A stretch of DNA of 63,928 nucleotides, the filler included, from an uncultured Methanoregulaceae archaeon (GTDB lineage Archaea > Halobacteriota > Methanomicrobia > Methanomicrobiales > Methanospirillaceae): assembly GCA_964530035.1 (NCBI GenBank). It is 5 parts of 5 records of this genome, joined end to end, with 100 filler letters (N's around TTAATTAATTAA, not from the genome) between each part and the next. Parts side by side here need not be neighbours in the genome. Positions count along the whole stretch, not along the records: positions 29,229 to 43,688 come from CAZGXZ010000053.1; 4 more parts are not named here. One strand, given 5' to 3'. Position 1 is the first letter of the stretch. The number at the start of each line of letters is the position of its first letter. The translations under genes and the position numbers were made by a program. Below, one piece after another: positions 29,477 to 40,846 of the stretch. The notes below the pieces were generated by a model. The model saw only the letters and a program-made list of their open reading frames with translations, was not told the DNA's origin and ran no database searches.

Positions 29477-30249
29477 ACAGCCCCTCAGGTCCCATGGGGC
29501 GGGGCATCGCTGACAGGGAGATCTACAGCGGGCTTCGCGTCCTCCCCCCCTTCATCGTCCGTGCCGACGGCCGTTCCTTCCACGCCCTGGCCGGGAGATC
29601 GGGTTTTGTCAGGCCTTTCGACGACCGCTTTTCACGGTTCATGGCCGAGACCTCGACCGATGTCATATTCCGTTCCGGGCTCCCTGCAACGGCTGCATAC
29701 ACCTTTTCCGATGAGATCAGCATCTACTTTCCACAAGCCCCTTTCGGCGGCAGGGTTGAAAAGATCAACTCTGTCCTTGCCGCATACATCGCCTCGTCGC
29801 TGACCCTCCGGCTCCGTCCGCGGTCCCCGGTCGCCTTCGACTGCCGGATCATGCCATCAGGTCCGGAAGAGGCGGCCGACTATTTCACCGCAAGGCAGCA
29901 CGAGGCCTGGAGAAACCACATCAACGCCTGGTGCCAGCACATCCTGGTTTCAGACGGGCTCTCCACGAAGGATGCGGCAGCCCGGCTGATGCATATGAAG
30001 TCCCATGAACTCCACGAGCTGGCCTACGGACACGGTGTCAACCTGGCGAGGACCCCTGCCTGGCAGAGGCGGGGGGTCATGGTATACCGGGAGCCGTACG
30101 AAACTGACGGGACCGACCCGAGGACCGGTACCCGGGTGCGGGTGACCCGGAACCGCATGGTCGTCGACCGCGACCTCCCCCTGTTCTATCAGGAAGAGGG
30201 CCGGGAATTTCTTAAAAGGGTCCTTTCAGGCGGGACCTATCCCGATTGA
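29473..30249 (+). CDS. thg1: tRNA(His) guanylyltransferase Thg1-like protein
   Basis: VRADGRSFH, YTFSDEIS, GGRVEKINS, AFDCR, PAWQRRG. Confidence 0.93.
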   Translation: MNSPSGPMGRGIADREIYSGLRVLPPFIVRADGRSFHALAGRSGFVRPFDDRFSRFMAETSTDVIFRSGLPATAAYTFSDEISIYFPQAPFGGRVEKINSVLAAYIASSLTLRLRPRSPVAFDCRIMPSGPEEAADYFTARQHEAWRNHINAWCQHILVSDGLSTKDAAARLMHMKSHELHELAYGHGVNLARTPAWQRRGVMVYREPYETDGTDPRTGTRVRVTRNRMVVDRDLPLFYQEEGREFLKRVLSGGTYPD

Positions 30250-33200
30250 GACCGGGATCCCCTCGATGTCCCAGGCCGTGGCGAGGGCCGGGGAAAAAGA
30301 GCTGTCTGATCCCGCCCCTTGTATTGAGATCTCCTTTGCCCTGACTTCGCCGGCAATCCTGTCCTTCCACTGTCCCCCCACCAGCCCGGCGACCCTGCCG
30401 TCCTCAACGGTCACGGCCACCCGGATGAAGTCCTCGACCCTGAGCCCGAGCTGACGACGCATCTCCTGGATCCTCCTGATGATCTCCCGGCTGTACCCCT
30501 CGGCCTCGAGCCCGGGGTCGAGGCTGACATCGACATACACCGTTGCTTCGGCCATCTGGGCAGAAAAAACGTCTTTCGGGAGTTTTTCGACGAAGGTCAC
30601 ATGGGCTTCCGTGACCGTGAACACCCGGTCGCCGTCACGGAGGTCGAAGGAGCCACCATCTGATACGGCACGTTTCATGGCCGTACCATCCGATTCCAGG
30701 ATGACCTGTTTCACCTTCGGAGCGTCCTTCCCGAAACCCGGCCCGAGGGCTTTCATGACCGGTTCGGCCTGCCAGCCGACCCGTTCCCAGGCACCCCTGA
30801 CCACGCCGACCTTTCTTGCGTTCGCCCGGTCGCAGCAGAGTGCATTCATGCGTGTGATTGCTCCGGCGACGGCATCGGATGATGTGGCGACGACGACGTC
30901 CCCTACAGGCCACCGGAGCTTGCGTTTCCCGGCCTGGCGGGCATTGGCAACCGCTTCGTCAAAGGCACGGACAACCGCCGTGTCCTGCTCGACCGCTCCG
31001 TCCGAGAGCGCCCCTTCCCCGGAGAACCACTCCAGCATGTGAACGCTTTCAGGTTCACCAGGGAGACGGAGGTTCCCGTACATGACCTCGGCAATATGGG
31101 GTGCGAACGGGCAGAGTATGACGACGAGTCTCCGCATAACGTAGTACATCGTTTCGTACGCGTCCCGCTTGGCCGGGTCGTCCTCCTCGGTCCACATCCT
31201 CGGTCGTACCAGCTGGATGTACCAGCGGGACAGGTCCTCGAGGATGAACTCGGCGATGTCGCGGGTGGCCTTGTGAAGCAGGCACTCCCCAAGCGAGGCG
31301 GTGACCCGTTTTGCAAGGTTGTTGACCCGTGAGACAATGAACCGGTCCTCGGGGGCCAGATTCTCCCAGCGGGTGGAGATATGCTCCCCCGTGTAGGTAT
31401 CCCTGGGCGAGGTCGGGACGAACCCGTCCAGTGTCATGTACGGGAGCGGGAACCGGTAGACGTTCCAGAGGATGTTCATCGTCCGCTGGACCGTCCTGAC
31501 ACCGTCCCAGTTGAACTTCAGGTCGTCCCACGGGGCGTTCGCAGAAAGGACATAGAAACGGAGGACATCGACGCCGAACTGGGAGACGACCTCCTCGGGA
31601 GTGACCACGTTCCCAAGGCTCTTGCTCATCTTCCGTCCTTCGGCGTCGAGGGCGAACCCGTGCATGAGCACGCTTTTATACGGAGCCTTTCCGAAGGCGA
31701 TCGTGCTGGCGCCAAGCTGGGAATAGAACCAGCCCCGGGTCTGGTCCTGTCCCTCGGTGATGAAGTCGGCAGGCCAGAGGTCCTCAAATTCCTTCACTTG
31801 ACCGGGGAACCCGAGGGTCGCCCAGGAAGCGACCGCGGAGTCGAACCAGACATCGAAGATATCCTCGACACGCCTCATCTCGCCACCGCAGGTGCATGGA
31901 ATCGTCACCCGGTCGACATGGGGCCGGTGGGGGTCAGGTACCGGCGACCCGCATGCCTCCTCGAGCTCCTGCCTGGTCCCGATGACCCTGTGGGAAAGGC
32001 AGGTCCCGCACTCCCACACCGGGATCGGGATGCCCCAGTACCTCTGCCGCGATATGCACCAGTCCCGCGCCTCCTTGATCCAGTCGTAGAACCGTGCAGA
32101 ACCGGCCCACTCGGGGTACCAGGCGACCCGTGCCACCTCGTCCAGCATCAGGTCCCGCATCCCGGATGCCTTGAGAAACCACTGCGATGTGGCCCTGAAG
32201 ATGATGGGCGTCTTGCACCGCCAGCAGTGACCGTACCGGTGCGTGACCTTGTCACGGGCGAGGAGGTTGTCACCCAGGTCACCGAGGATGACCTCGTTGG
32301 CATCCCGGATCGGCATGGTGCAGTAGCTCCCTGCCCCATCCGTGAACCTGCCGGCACCATCGACCGGGCATACGACGTCGAGGCCCTCCTTCACCCCGAG
32401 CATATAGTCGTCCCACCCATGCCCGGGGGCGATGTGGACAAGCCCGGTATTCTCGACCGTGACGAAGTCGGCGGTCACGACCCGGTGGCTGATCGTCTTC
32501 TGGAGGGGGACCTTCTCCTCGAGGGGGGAGGAAAACACCATCCCGACAAGGTCCCTCCCGGGTTTCCGTTCGAGGAGGGTGAAGTCCTTGTAGCGGCCTT
32601 TCTTGAGCACGGGGGTGACCAGGTCCTCGGCAATCCAGAGGTATTCCTCGAGGGCGTCCTTGACGGCCCTGACCCGTGCATAGACGACTTCGGGGGAGAC
32701 CGCGACAGCGACATTGGCCGGAAGCGTCCAGGGGGTTGTGGTCCAGATGACGAGGTATTCATGTTCCTTTCCTGCGACCGGGAACTTCACAAAGAGGGAG
32801 GGGTCGGTCTCGTCCCAGTACTCCACCTCGGCGTCGGCGATCGCCGTCTCGCACCGGGGACACCAGTTCACGACCCTGTGGCCCCGTTCGAGCATCTTCT
32901 TCTCGTCGGCCTTTTTAAGCGTCCACCACGCGGCTTCCACATACTCCGGGGCGAGGGTCTGGTACGGGTCGGAAAAGTCCATCCAGACACCGAGCCGGCG
33001 GAACTGGTCGGACATGACGTCCTTGTTTTTCAGGGCGAACTCCCTGCACTGGTCGATGAACCGTTCAATGCCGTATGCCTCGATGTCCTTCTTGGAGTGG
33101 AAGCCCAGTGACTGCTCGACCCTGACCTCGATCGGGAGACCATGCATGTCGTACCCGGCACGGTCGATGACATGACGGCCGGTCATCCGGCGGTACCGCA

Positions 33201-33405
33201 GGAGAGAGTCCTTGATAATCTTGTTCCAGGCGGTTCCGAGGTGGATGTGGCCGGTCGTATAGGGGGGTCCGTCGACGAAAAAAAACGCCGGGTCACCGCT
33301 GTGGAGGTGTCTGACCTTGTCGTACGTCTTGTTCTCTTCCCAGAACGTCCGTGCCTCATCCTCGATCCGGGATGCCTGGTAGCCGTCGGTGACTTCCTTC
33401 AACAC
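30226..33405 (-). CDS. ileS: Isoleucyl-tRNA synthetase
   Basis: DGPPY, HLGT (HIGH-like), WTTTPWTLP, DWCISRQRYWG, EGQDQTRGWF, KMSKS. Confidence 0.98.
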   Translation of the reverse strand: MLKEVTDGYQASRIEDEARTFWEENKTYDKVRHLHSGDPAFFFVDGPPYTTGHIHLGTAWNKIIKDSLLRYRRMTGRHVIDRAGYDMHGLPIEVRVEQSLGFHSKKDIEAYGIERFIDQCREFALKNKDVMSDQFRRLGVWMDFSDPYQTLAPEYVEAAWWTLKKADEKKMLERGHRVVNWCPRCETAIADAEVEYWDETDPSLFVKFPVAGKEHEYLVIWTTTPWTLPANVAVAVSPEVVYARVRAVKDALEEYLWIAEDLVTPVLKKGRYKDFTLLERKPGRDLVGMVFSSPLEEKVPLQKTISHRVVTADFVTVENTGLVHIAPGHGWDDYMLGVKEGLDVVCPVDGAGRFTDGAGSYCTMPIRDANEVILGDLGDNLLARDKVTHRYGHCWRCKTPIIFRATSQWFLKASGMRDLMLDEVARVAWYPEWAGSARFYDWIKEARDWCISRQRYWGIPIPVWECGTCLSHRVIGTRQELEEACGSPVPDPHRPHVDRVTIPCTCGGEMRRVEDIFDVWFDSAVASWATLGFPGQVKEFEDLWPADFITEGQDQTRGWFYSQLGASTIAFGKAPYKSVLMHGFALDAEGRKMSKSLGNVVTPEEVVSQFGVDVLRFYVLSANAPWDDLKFNWDGVRTVQRTMNILWNVYRFPLPYMTLDGFVPTSPRDTYTGEHISTRWENLAPEDRFIVSRVNNLAKRVTASLGECLLHKATRDIAEFILEDLSRWYIQLVRPRMWTEEDDPAKRDAYETMYYVMRRLVVILCPFAPHIAEVMYGNLRLPGEPESVHMLEWFSGEGALSDGAVEQDTAVVRAFDEAVANARQAGKRKLRWPVGDVVVATSSDAVAGAITRMNALCCDRANARKVGVVRGAWERVGWQAEPVMKALGPGFGKDAPKVKQVILESDGTAMKRAVSDGGSFDLRDGDRVFTVTEAHVTFVEKLPKDVFSAQMAEATVYVDVSLDPGLEAEGYSREIIRRIQEMRRQLGLRVEDFIRVAVTVEDGRVAGLVGGQWKDRIAGEVRAKEISIQGAGSDSSFSPALATAWDIEGIPVSIGIGPA

Positions 33406-33595
33406 AAATCCCTCTTACTCCAGCGCCCCCGGCCCGTCACCGCGGTCGCTCTCCCTTACCGGTTGGACGCCCGATCTGATAGTAGTTTTCCGGCCCTGCA
33501 GATCCTGGAAATCAGTATGGTGACCGTTCTCCGCCTGGAGAGGATGGACCGGGGGGGCAGCAGAGCCCGCAGGGCCCCCGTCCTCATCCGGCGGG

Positions 33596-35476
33596 TTAAG
33601 CAGGACGAAAAATTGAGGAGTGGCCTGGCCGAATCTCTCCGGTGCACCGGGTCTCGTACCCACCGAGGCGGGACAGGACCGACCTGAATTCAGGGGAGGC
33701 TATGGTGTTGACAAGCGCCTCGATATGCCGGTCGTCCTTCATCAGTTCGTCACGGATGGCGATCTCGTACCGCTCGGTACCGAGGGGTGTAAAAGAGAGG
33801 GAAAGCGCTTTTGCTGCCGCATAAATACCAACCCCGAGGTCGGCTTCGTTGCTCTTCACCGCGAGGGCGACGGCGAGGTGGGTCGTCACCTCGCGGTCAT
33901 ACCCGTCGATCCCGTCCGGGTCGATACCCTCCCGGCTCAGGAGGTGGTCGAGGAGCATCCGTGTGCCGGACCCTTTCTGCCGGTTGACGAAACGCTTTTT
34001 CACCAGGTCCTCAAGTCCGAGGGGTTCGCGAGAGATGATGCCCTGTTGTCTCTCGGCGATGCAGACAAGTGTTACCCCGGCATCAGGCAGGTGACGGTCG
34101 ATATAAACGGTATTAAAGCTCCCGTCAGGTGCCAGGAGGTGCATCGGTGCCGCATGGCACTCGTTCTTCCTGAGTGCAAGGATACCTCCCATGCTGCCGA
34201 CGTGGGTAGAATGGAGACTGATCCCTTTTCTGGACAGCATATCGGCAAGGTAGTCAAGGGAGGGGTCATGAGAACCGGTGAGGAGAAGGGCCCTTGACAC
34301 GTCACCCAGAGGGGACATGAGGTATGCCTCGACCTGTTCCCCTGCCTCGACACCCTCGGTACCGGCCGGCACATGGAGGTATGCATTCGCCCTGACCCCG
34401 CTCATCTGGACTCCCGCACCCCGGGACTGCGGTGATACGACCGTCCGCTCACCGACCATGCCGACCGTTGCGAGGATGAAGTCATCCGAACCCGCCTCGG
34501 AGGAGACCGCCTGGGTGAGGGTCGAGACAAGGACCGCCTGGTCCGGGACATGCAGGCCGTATTCCTTCACGAGAGGCATTACGATCTCCCTGATGACGGT
34601 CAGCGCCGAGAGGGGATAGCCGGGCATCCCGATGACAGGTTTCCCGCGGACCTTCCCGATGATCACGGGTTTTCCCGGTTTCATCGCGACACCGTGCACC
34701 AGGACCTCGCCAAGGCCCGCGATGACACCCGCCGTGTAGTCGCGGGTCCCGGCCGAGGAACCGGCGGAAACGATGACAAGGTCGCACTCGTCCACCGCCC
34801 GGGAGACGACCGCCCTGATCTCCTCTTCCTCGTCCCTGACAATCGGGTACCGGTGGCACCTGGCCCCGGCCTGGATGAGATAGGCTTCGGCCATGATGGT
34901 GTTGCTCTCGACGACCTGTCCCGGTCCCGGGCGGGTCCCGTGGGGGACGAGTTCGCTGCCGGTGGGGATGAGGCCGACGTCGAGGGTGAGGACGTCGATC
35001 TCCCTGATGCCATAGGTGGCGAGCGCCCCGGCCTCGTGGGGGCGGAGCTTATGCCGGGAGGGGACTACCATCTCGGACTCTCCGATGTCCTCGCCGGCGG
35101 GCCGCACATGCTGCCATCGGGGTGCCGGTTTCCTGATGACATACCCCCCGGGGGTCTCGACAACCTCCTCGATCATGATGACGCTGTCAAACGGGTCGGG
35201 TACGACGTTTCCCGTATTGACCCGGACCGCCCGGCCGAGCGTAACGGGGTTCTGTTCGTATGCTCCCACCGTCTCGCTGCTGATGACAGCTATGCCATCC
35301 ATTGCCGCGAGGTGGATCTCAGGTACGGAATACGTCGCAAAGACGGGGGCGGCGGTTATCCGTCCGGGGCACAGGACGACCGGCACCCGTTCAGTCCCGG
35401 GGAGCGGTTTGAACGATTTTCTCACGACCTGGCGTGCCTCGTCAAGCGAGACCACGTTCAGGTACCGCTTCACCAC
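33596..35476 (-). CDS. moeA2: MoeA fused to periplasmic-binding (LysR-substrate-like) domain
   Basis: AAMDGIAV, SAGSSAG, MKPGKP, GMPGYP, then GSHD, GSMGG, FVNRQKGSGTR. Confidence 0.92.
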   Translation of the reverse strand: MVKRYLNVVSLDEARQVVRKSFKPLPGTERVPVVLCPGRITAAPVFATYSVPEIHLAAMDGIAVISSETVGAYEQNPVTLGRAVRVNTGNVVPDPFDSVIMIEEVVETPGGYVIRKPAPRWQHVRPAGEDIGESEMVVPSRHKLRPHEAGALATYGIREIDVLTLDVGLIPTGSELVPHGTRPGPGQVVESNTIMAEAYLIQAGARCHRYPIVRDEEEEIRAVVSRAVDECDLVIVSAGSSAGTRDYTAGVIAGLGEVLVHGVAMKPGKPVIIGKVRGKPVIGMPGYPLSALTVIREIVMPLVKEYGLHVPDQAVLVSTLTQAVSSEAGSDDFILATVGMVGERTVVSPQSRGAGVQMSGVRANAYLHVPAGTEGVEAGEQVEAYLMSPLGDVSRALLLTGSHDPSLDYLADMLSRKGISLHSTHVGSMGGILALRKNECHAAPMHLLAPDGSFNTVYIDRHLPDAGVTLVCIAERQQGIISREPLGLEDLVKKRFVNRQKGSGTRMLLDHLLSREGIDPDGIDGYDREVTTHLAVALAVKSNEADLGVGIYAAAKALSLSFTPLGTERYEIAIRDELMKDDRHIEALVNTIASPEFRSVLSRLGGYETRCTGEIRPGHSSIFRPA

Positions 35477-36675
35477 AGGATCACCTCGACCGTCTCCCCT
35501 GTCTCAATGCCCTCGTACATCGAGGGGATCCTGACGAGGCCATCACTCCTGACAAGGGTGTTGAGAAGTCCTGACTTCCCGAAAAGAGGGTAGACCCGGT
35601 TTCCTTCCACCCGGACCCTGACATAGTCCTCGCGGCCCCGTGCAGACGGGATGCTTTCCGCCAGGACACCCGCGAGAGTCTTTTTCCTCGGTGCATCAGC
35701 CCCGGAAAGCGCTGCGAACATCGGTCCTGCGATCGCGTGGAGCACGACGAATGCGGAAGCCGGGTGACCGGGAAGCCCGATGAGAGGCACGGTGCCAGCC
35801 CGGCCGATGATGGTCGGTTTTCCCGGGGCGAGGGCGATCCCGTGCACCAGGACTTCACCTATCCCGGCAATCATCCTGGCGGTCAGGTCCCGGTCGTCCT
35901 TCGAGGACCCTCCGGACAGGAGGACTGCGTCACACTCCTGTACCGCGGCCTTTATCACCGGTCCGAGGGAGTCCGCATCGTCACGGCAGACACCGAACAT
36001 CCTCGGCAGCATCCCGTATTCTCGGACGAACCCGGCGCACAGGTAACTGTTGGCATCCCTGACCCGGGCCGGTCCGGGGACCACGTCCACGCCTACGACC
36101 TCGTTTCCGCTCGAGATAATCCCGACCACGGGACGCCGCCTGACCTTCACGGTATTCGACCCGGTCGCCGCGAGCACACCCATCTCCTGCCCCCCTATCC
36201 GCCGCCCGGGCTCGAGAACAGCGGCTCCGGAGGAAAAGTCCTCGCCCTGCCTGACGAGGTTCTCACCCTGGGCGACCGGCCGTTTCACCAGGACATCCCC
36301 GCCCGCAGTTTCGCAGTACTCGATCATGACAACAGCATCGGCACCACCGGGGATCATCCCCCCGGTGGGAACGTAGACGCAGGTATCCGGGACGACATCC
36401 GTGTCCGGCGGGCTTCCCATCCGTACCGATCCCGTGCAGCGCAGGATTGCAGGGACGGCATCACTGGCACCGGTCGTATCCGATGCCCTCACCGCGTATC
36501 CGTCAACGGTAGACCGGGTAAACCCGGGGATGTCGATGTCGGAGACGGTTCTGCCGGCAAGCACCCGTCCCCAGGCCTGGTCCAGCGGGATGACCTCGTC
36601 AGGAACGGGGGTCACCATGGATACAGCGATGGAAACCGCCTTTTCAACCGGGACAAGGGTCAGAAACCGGCTCAT
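35470..36675 (-). CDS. moeA: Molybdopterin molybdotransferase MoeA (gephyrin-like)
   Basis: STVDGYAV, PTGGMIP.GADAVVMIE, SGGSS, PGKPT, GLPGHP. Confidence 0.94.
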   Translation of the reverse strand: MSRFLTLVPVEKAVSIAVSMVTPVPDEVIPLDQAWGRVLAGRTVSDIDIPGFTRSTVDGYAVRASDTTGASDAVPAILRCTGSVRMGSPPDTDVVPDTCVYVPTGGMIPGGADAVVMIEYCETAGGDVLVKRPVAQGENLVRQGEDFSSGAAVLEPGRRIGGQEMGVLAATGSNTVKVRRRPVVGIISSGNEVVGVDVVPGPARVRDANSYLCAGFVREYGMLPRMFGVCRDDADSLGPVIKAAVQECDAVLLSGGSSKDDRDLTARMIAGIGEVLVHGIALAPGKPTIIGRAGTVPLIGLPGHPASAFVVLHAIAGPMFAALSGADAPRKKTLAGVLAESIPSARGREDYVRVRVEGNRVYPLFGKSGLLNTLVRSDGLVRIPSMYEGIETGETVEVILW

Positions 36676-36906
36676 TTGAAGCAACCGAGCTGGCACCCGC
36701 GGATCTTGATGCTATGGGCGTTGCAGTACGCCGAGATGTCCATCTTGGGTATATGATATTTATCTGAGATCTGGAATGCCCTGGGACAGGTAATTTCCTT
36801 TTCAATGCCTTCTTTTTTAAATACTTCTTCAATTAGCCGTTCATCCATAAGGAAGAATTGTTCTTCTCAAAAGGACAAAAGTGTTTGTCATGAGCACGTC
36901 CGGGAC

Positions 36907-38253
36907 GTGGGAGACCTGACCGGCCCGCCCGTTCCAGGCCGGGTCTGTGCCATCAGTTCGAGGGCTGACCCTGCCGGCAGCAGGATCCATGCACATCTTG
37001 AAGACCTTATCAGGAAAGGAACGGTCCGGAATGATTCCTGGGACCCGGAGTTCATCCACATCAGGACCGGTGACCGCCTGATCCATGCAGATTATATTGA
37101 CCGGGATATCGATGCAGGGCTTATCCTCTTCCTTTCCAGGCATGCGTCGGTACGTCCGGTCCCCCTGCTCACCGTCCATGTCACCGGGAATATCGGCGGG
37201 GCGGAGCTCGGCGGGCTCCCGGGGCATCTCCCCCCGGCAAGCCCGGTCCTGATGAAGGCGGTCCTGGTCTCCCTTGCAGGACATGCACCCCCAGGATACG
37301 GGGTCTCGTACGAGATGACGCACCATGGCCCGACTGAACTTGAGACGCCCTCCTTTTTCGTCGAGGTCGGGTCAACGGAAAAGGAGTGGAACGATGACAA
37401 CGCAGCACGAGCGGCAGCCCTGGCAATCCTCACGGCACGGCCTGAGCCGGACCAGGTCACGCTGGTCGGGTTCGGGGGGACGCATTACTCCCCGAGGCAG
37501 ACTGAAATCGCCTTAAGGTCCCGGGCGGCTTTCGGCCACATGGTCCCGTCAAGGCAGGCGGGTTCCCTGACCCCGAGTCTTGTTTCACGGATGGCGGAAG
37601 CATCAGGGGCGGCGGCCGCCTATATCGACAGGAAGTCGTTTAAGGCTGAGGAGCTGGCATCCCTCTCCGCATTGGTCAGGAAGGCAGGCCTTCCCGTGGT
37701 CACCGGCTCCGAGATCACCAACCTTGGCAGCCTTGGTATGGACACCTACCTGAAGATCAGGGACCTCGCACGGAATGCGGTGAAAGGGGGAACGGTTTCT
37801 CCCAATGGGCTTGTAGGACAGGGCGAACCGGTCGTGGTGGATATCGGGGAGGACCTCGCCCGGGCGGCACTGCAGGCTGATCCCGGTGCCCTCTCCGAAG
37901 GGCTCTCGAAGGTCCCTGCCGCCTGTGTCCGGTCAGGGAAGAGTCCTGTAACGGGCCGATTCATCACCTTCGAGCCGCTGGAGGCACATGTACGACATGA
38001 TTTAATAAGGTTATGTGTATCAATCATACTATCGAAGGAAAAGGCTTCGATATCGGGCGATACGCTCATCATTCAAAGGAGGCGGTTCGATCCCGGAAAA
38101 GCGCGCAATCTTGGGATTCCTTCAGGCCCGCTCTATGGCATGCTGCGATCCGGTGAAACCGTCCGTATCGGGGGTGAGGAGGTGACGCCCGATATGGTCA
38201 TGGGTGAGGAGCCTGAACGTTTCACCATCCCGGGACTATCGAGGTACCTATGA
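36907..38253 (+). CDS. dtdA: D-aminoacyl-tRNA deacylase (DTD2/GEK1 type) with C-terminal extension; start uncertain
   Basis: [47 protein letters not shown]; upstream of ftsZ as usual. Confidence 0.93.
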   Translation: MGDLTGPPVPGRVCAISSRADPAGSRIHAHLEDLIRKGTVRNDSWDPEFIHIRTGDRLIHADYIDRDIDAGLILFLSRHASVRPVPLLTVHVTGNIGGAELGGLPGHLPPASPVLMKAVLVSLAGHAPPGYGVSYEMTHHGPTELETPSFFVEVGSTEKEWNDDNAARAAALAILTARPEPDQVTLVGFGGTHYSPRQTEIALRSRAAFGHMVPSRQAGSLTPSLVSRMAEASGAAAAYIDRKSFKAEELASLSALVRKAGLPVVTGSEITNLGSLGMDTYLKIRDLARNAVKGGTVSPNGLVGQGEPVVVDIGEDLARAALQADPGALSEGLSKVPAACVRSGKSPVTGRFITFEPLEAHVRHDLIRLCVSIILSKEKASISGDTLIIQRRRFDPGKARNLGIPSGPLYGMLRSGETVRIGGEEVTPDMVMGEEPERFTIPGLSRYL

Positions 38254-39353
38254 ATACGAGATCGATGATCGAGGAGGCCATGACGAAGATGAAGGACCAG
38301 CCGCAGGGCGGGGCCAAGGTCGACAACAATGAAGACCTTGATTCCGTGCTCAAGGAGCTGGAGACCGAGATCGTCGTCATCGGTTGTGGAGGAGGAGGAT
38401 CGAACACCATCAGCCGCATGAAGGACGAGGGGATCCACGGTGCCCGGCTGGTCGCCATGAACACCGATGCCAAGCACCTTTCCATCACGAAGGCGGACTA
38501 CCGCCTCCTGATCGGGCGGCAGCGGACCAAGGGGCTCGGAGCCGGGTCCATTCCCCAGATCGGGGAGGAAGCAGCCCTGGAAAACGAACAGGACATAAGG
38601 AGGACCGTATCCGGGTGCGACATGGTCTTCATCACCGCGGGCCTCGGTGGCGGGACCGGGACAGGCTGCGCCCCGGTCGTCACGAAGGCCGCCAAGGAGG
38701 AGGGGGCGCTCACGATCGCCATCATGACGCTCCCCTTCACCTCGGAGGGCGCCATCCGCATGGAAAACGCCGAGGCAGGCCTTGAACGCCTGAGGGACGT
38801 CGCCGACACGGTCATCGTCGTCCCGAACGACCGGCTCATCGAGGTCGTGCCCAAGCTGCCGCTCGCTGCAGCCTTCAAGGTCTCCGACGAGGTCCTGATG
38901 CGGGCGGTCAAGGGCATCACCGAGCTCATCACCGTGCCGGGCCTCGTCAACCTCGACTTCGCCGATGTCAGGACCGTCATGGAGCGGGGAGGAGTCGCCA
39001 TGATAGGCATGGGTGAGAGTGACAGCGCTGACAAGGCTGCCGATGCGGTCAAGAAGGCAATCCGTTCGCCCCTGATCGACGTGGATATCTCCGGCGCCAC
39101 CGCCGCCCTTGTCAACGTGACCGGCGGCCCCGACATGACGATGGCCGAGGCGGAAGGCGTGGTCCAGGAGGTGTACAACCGCATCGACCCGAATGCACGG
39201 ATCATCTGGGGTGCCCAGGTCGACCCGGGCATGCAGAATAAGATGCGGGTCCTCCTCGTTGTCACCGGCGTGCGTTCCGCACAGATATACGGCCGAAATG
39301 AAAAGATTGCGCCAAAAGTAACGAAACATTTCGAGATCGACTTTTTGAAATGA
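38250..39353 (+). CDS. ftsZ: Cell division protein FtsZ
   Basis: [31 protein letters not shown]. Confidence 0.98.
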   Translation: MNTRSMIEEAMTKMKDQPQGGAKVDNNEDLDSVLKELETEIVVIGCGGGGSNTISRMKDEGIHGARLVAMNTDAKHLSITKADYRLLIGRQRTKGLGAGSIPQIGEEAALENEQDIRRTVSGCDMVFITAGLGGGTGTGCAPVVTKAAKEEGALTIAIMTLPFTSEGAIRMENAEAGLERLRDVADTVIVVPNDRLIEVVPKLPLAAAFKVSDEVLMRAVKGITELITVPGLVNLDFADVRTVMERGGVAMIGMGESDSADKAADAVKKAIRSPLIDVDISGATAALVNVTGGPDMTMAEAEGVVQEVYNRIDPNARIIWGAQVDPGMQNKMRVLLVVTGVRSAQIYGRNEKIAPKVTKHFEIDFLK

Positions 39354-39574
39354 CATGGGTGTGAGAGGGCCCTGAGCCGGCCATCCGCCTCCTCCCCCGC
39401 AAAACGGGGCTCATCCCGTGTCTCCCGGCTTAACGGGCGCGGTACTTGGGAAAAATGTACTGCTCCCACGAACGTGGACCGGGAATGGCACCATAAATAT
39501 AAGGGATAAATGAGAAAATCTACCCCGAAGCCGTGGAAGTATTCCGACAGGTACTTCACTAAGAGAGGGTTATC

Positions 39575-39772
39575 ATGGAGATTTCCAAACCTGAGATAAA
39601 ATTCAACGTCCACGAGGAGCTGTTCAAGAAGTACCTCCGTGTCCTGAAACTCGCGCGCACCCCGACCAGGGAGGAGTTCCTGAAAATTGCGTCAGTAGCC
39701 GCACTTGGTGTCGCGCTTATCGGGCTGATAGGATTTGCCATCTATGAGTTCATGCTCGTAATGCCACACTGA
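39575..39772 (+). CDS. secE: Protein translocase SecE/Sec61-gamma
   Basis: YLRVLKLARTPTREEF plus TM helix; conserved synteny. Confidence 0.95.
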   Translation: MEISKPEIKFNVHEELFKKYLRVLKLARTPTREEFLKIASVAALGVALIGLIGFAIYEFMLVMPH

Positions 39773-39778
39773 TCTTTC

Positions 39779-40258
39779 ATGGAAGAGTCTGTAAACCGCA
39801 TCTTCGCAATAAAAACGACTTCCAAGCAGGAGCGCACGGTAGCGGACAGCATCTACAAGGCGATCAATACCGGGGCAACCGATATCAATGTCGTCTCCAT
39901 CATCGTCCCGGACGAACTGAAGGGCTACGTCCTCGTAGAGACTACCGAGGCATTAAACCGCATAGAGCAGCTCGCGGAGCTGATCCCTCACGCACGGGCG
40001 GTAGTGCGGGGAGAGACCAAGCTCGAGGAGGTCGGGCATTTCCTGACGCCAAAGCCGGTTGTTGCCGGTATTGTCGAGGGGACGATCGTAGAACTGATAG
40101 CAGGACCATTCAAGGGCGAGAAGGCGGTCGTAAAAAGGGTGGACACGTCAAAGGAGGAGATCACCGTCGAGCTGTATGAAAGCGTCCTCCCCATCCCGAT
40201 CACCGTCCGCGGGGACAACGTCCGGGTCGTGGACAAGGGCGACGAAGACGGAAAATAA
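39779..40258 (+). CDS. spt5: Transcription elongation factor Spt5/NusG
   Basis: LKGYVLVE, KOW VELIAGPFKG. Confidence 0.96.
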   Translation: MEESVNRIFAIKTTSKQERTVADSIYKAINTGATDINVVSIIVPDELKGYVLVETTEALNRIEQLAELIPHARAVVRGETKLEEVGHFLTPKPVVAGIVEGTIVELIAGPFKGEKAVVKRVDTSKEEITVELYESVLPIPITVRGDNVRVVDKGDEDGK

Positions 40259-40359
40259 CCCCCTTCTTTTTTGAAATCTCCTGCAACCTTTTTATGCTTA
40301 CCCCACGAACCTAAGAGAACCCAAGCAGAGCCCCGGCTGGGGCCGCATGGTGAAATCGT

Positions 40360-40836
40360 ATGGCAGAAGTGGTCGAGGTTTTAGTACCTGGCGGAAAGGC
40401 AACCGCAGGTCCCCCCCTGGGACCTGCACTTGGTCCTCTCGGTATTAATGTCAAGGCCGTCGTCGATGAAATCAACAAGAAGACCAGTGAGTTCAACGGG
40501 ATGCAGGTCCCGGTGAAGGTGGAGGTTGATGATAAGAAGAACTTCACCATCACCGTCGGCATCCCTCCGACGACAGCCCTCATTAAGAAAGAGGCAGGGG
40601 TCGAGAAAGGTTCGCCTGAACCCAACACCAAGATGGTGGGGAATCTTCCGCTCGAGGCCGCGGTCAGGATTGCCAGGATGAAGCGCGATGACATGCTCTC
40701 ATATGACCTGCGATGTGCAGTCAAAGAGGTCGTGGGAACGTGTGTGAGCATGGGCGTCACGGTGGATGGAAAACGTCCGAAGGATGTTCTCTCCGCCATT
40801 GACGCTGGCAATTATGACAAGGTCCTCTCTGAATAG
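40360..40836 (+). CDS. rpl11: 50S ribosomal protein uL11
   Basis: [18 protein letters not shown]. Confidence 0.98.
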   Translation: MAEVVEVLVPGGKATAGPPLGPALGPLGINVKAVVDEINKKTSEFNGMQVPVKVEVDDKKNFTITVGIPPTTALIKKEAGVEKGSPEPNTKMVGNLPLEAAVRIARMKRDDMLSYDLRCAVKEVVGTCVSMGVTVDGKRPKDVLSAIDAGNYDKVLSE

Positions 40837-40846
40837 ATGAGGAACA

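Noticed and set aside
29473..30249. Pyrrolysine read-through in Thg1, as in some Methanosarcina
   Set aside because: The ORF is continuous with no in-frame TAG.
31381..33111. Long antisense ORFs (also 38133-39356, 38498-39613, 34550-35593, 35737-36756, 6905-7867)
   Set aside because: Shadow ORFs opposite well-supported GC-rich genes, with no recognisable motifs.
33406..33595. Possible T-box-like leader or small ORF upstream of ileS
   Set aside because: Only generic GC hairpins; no T-box consensus, and the ORFs look spurious.
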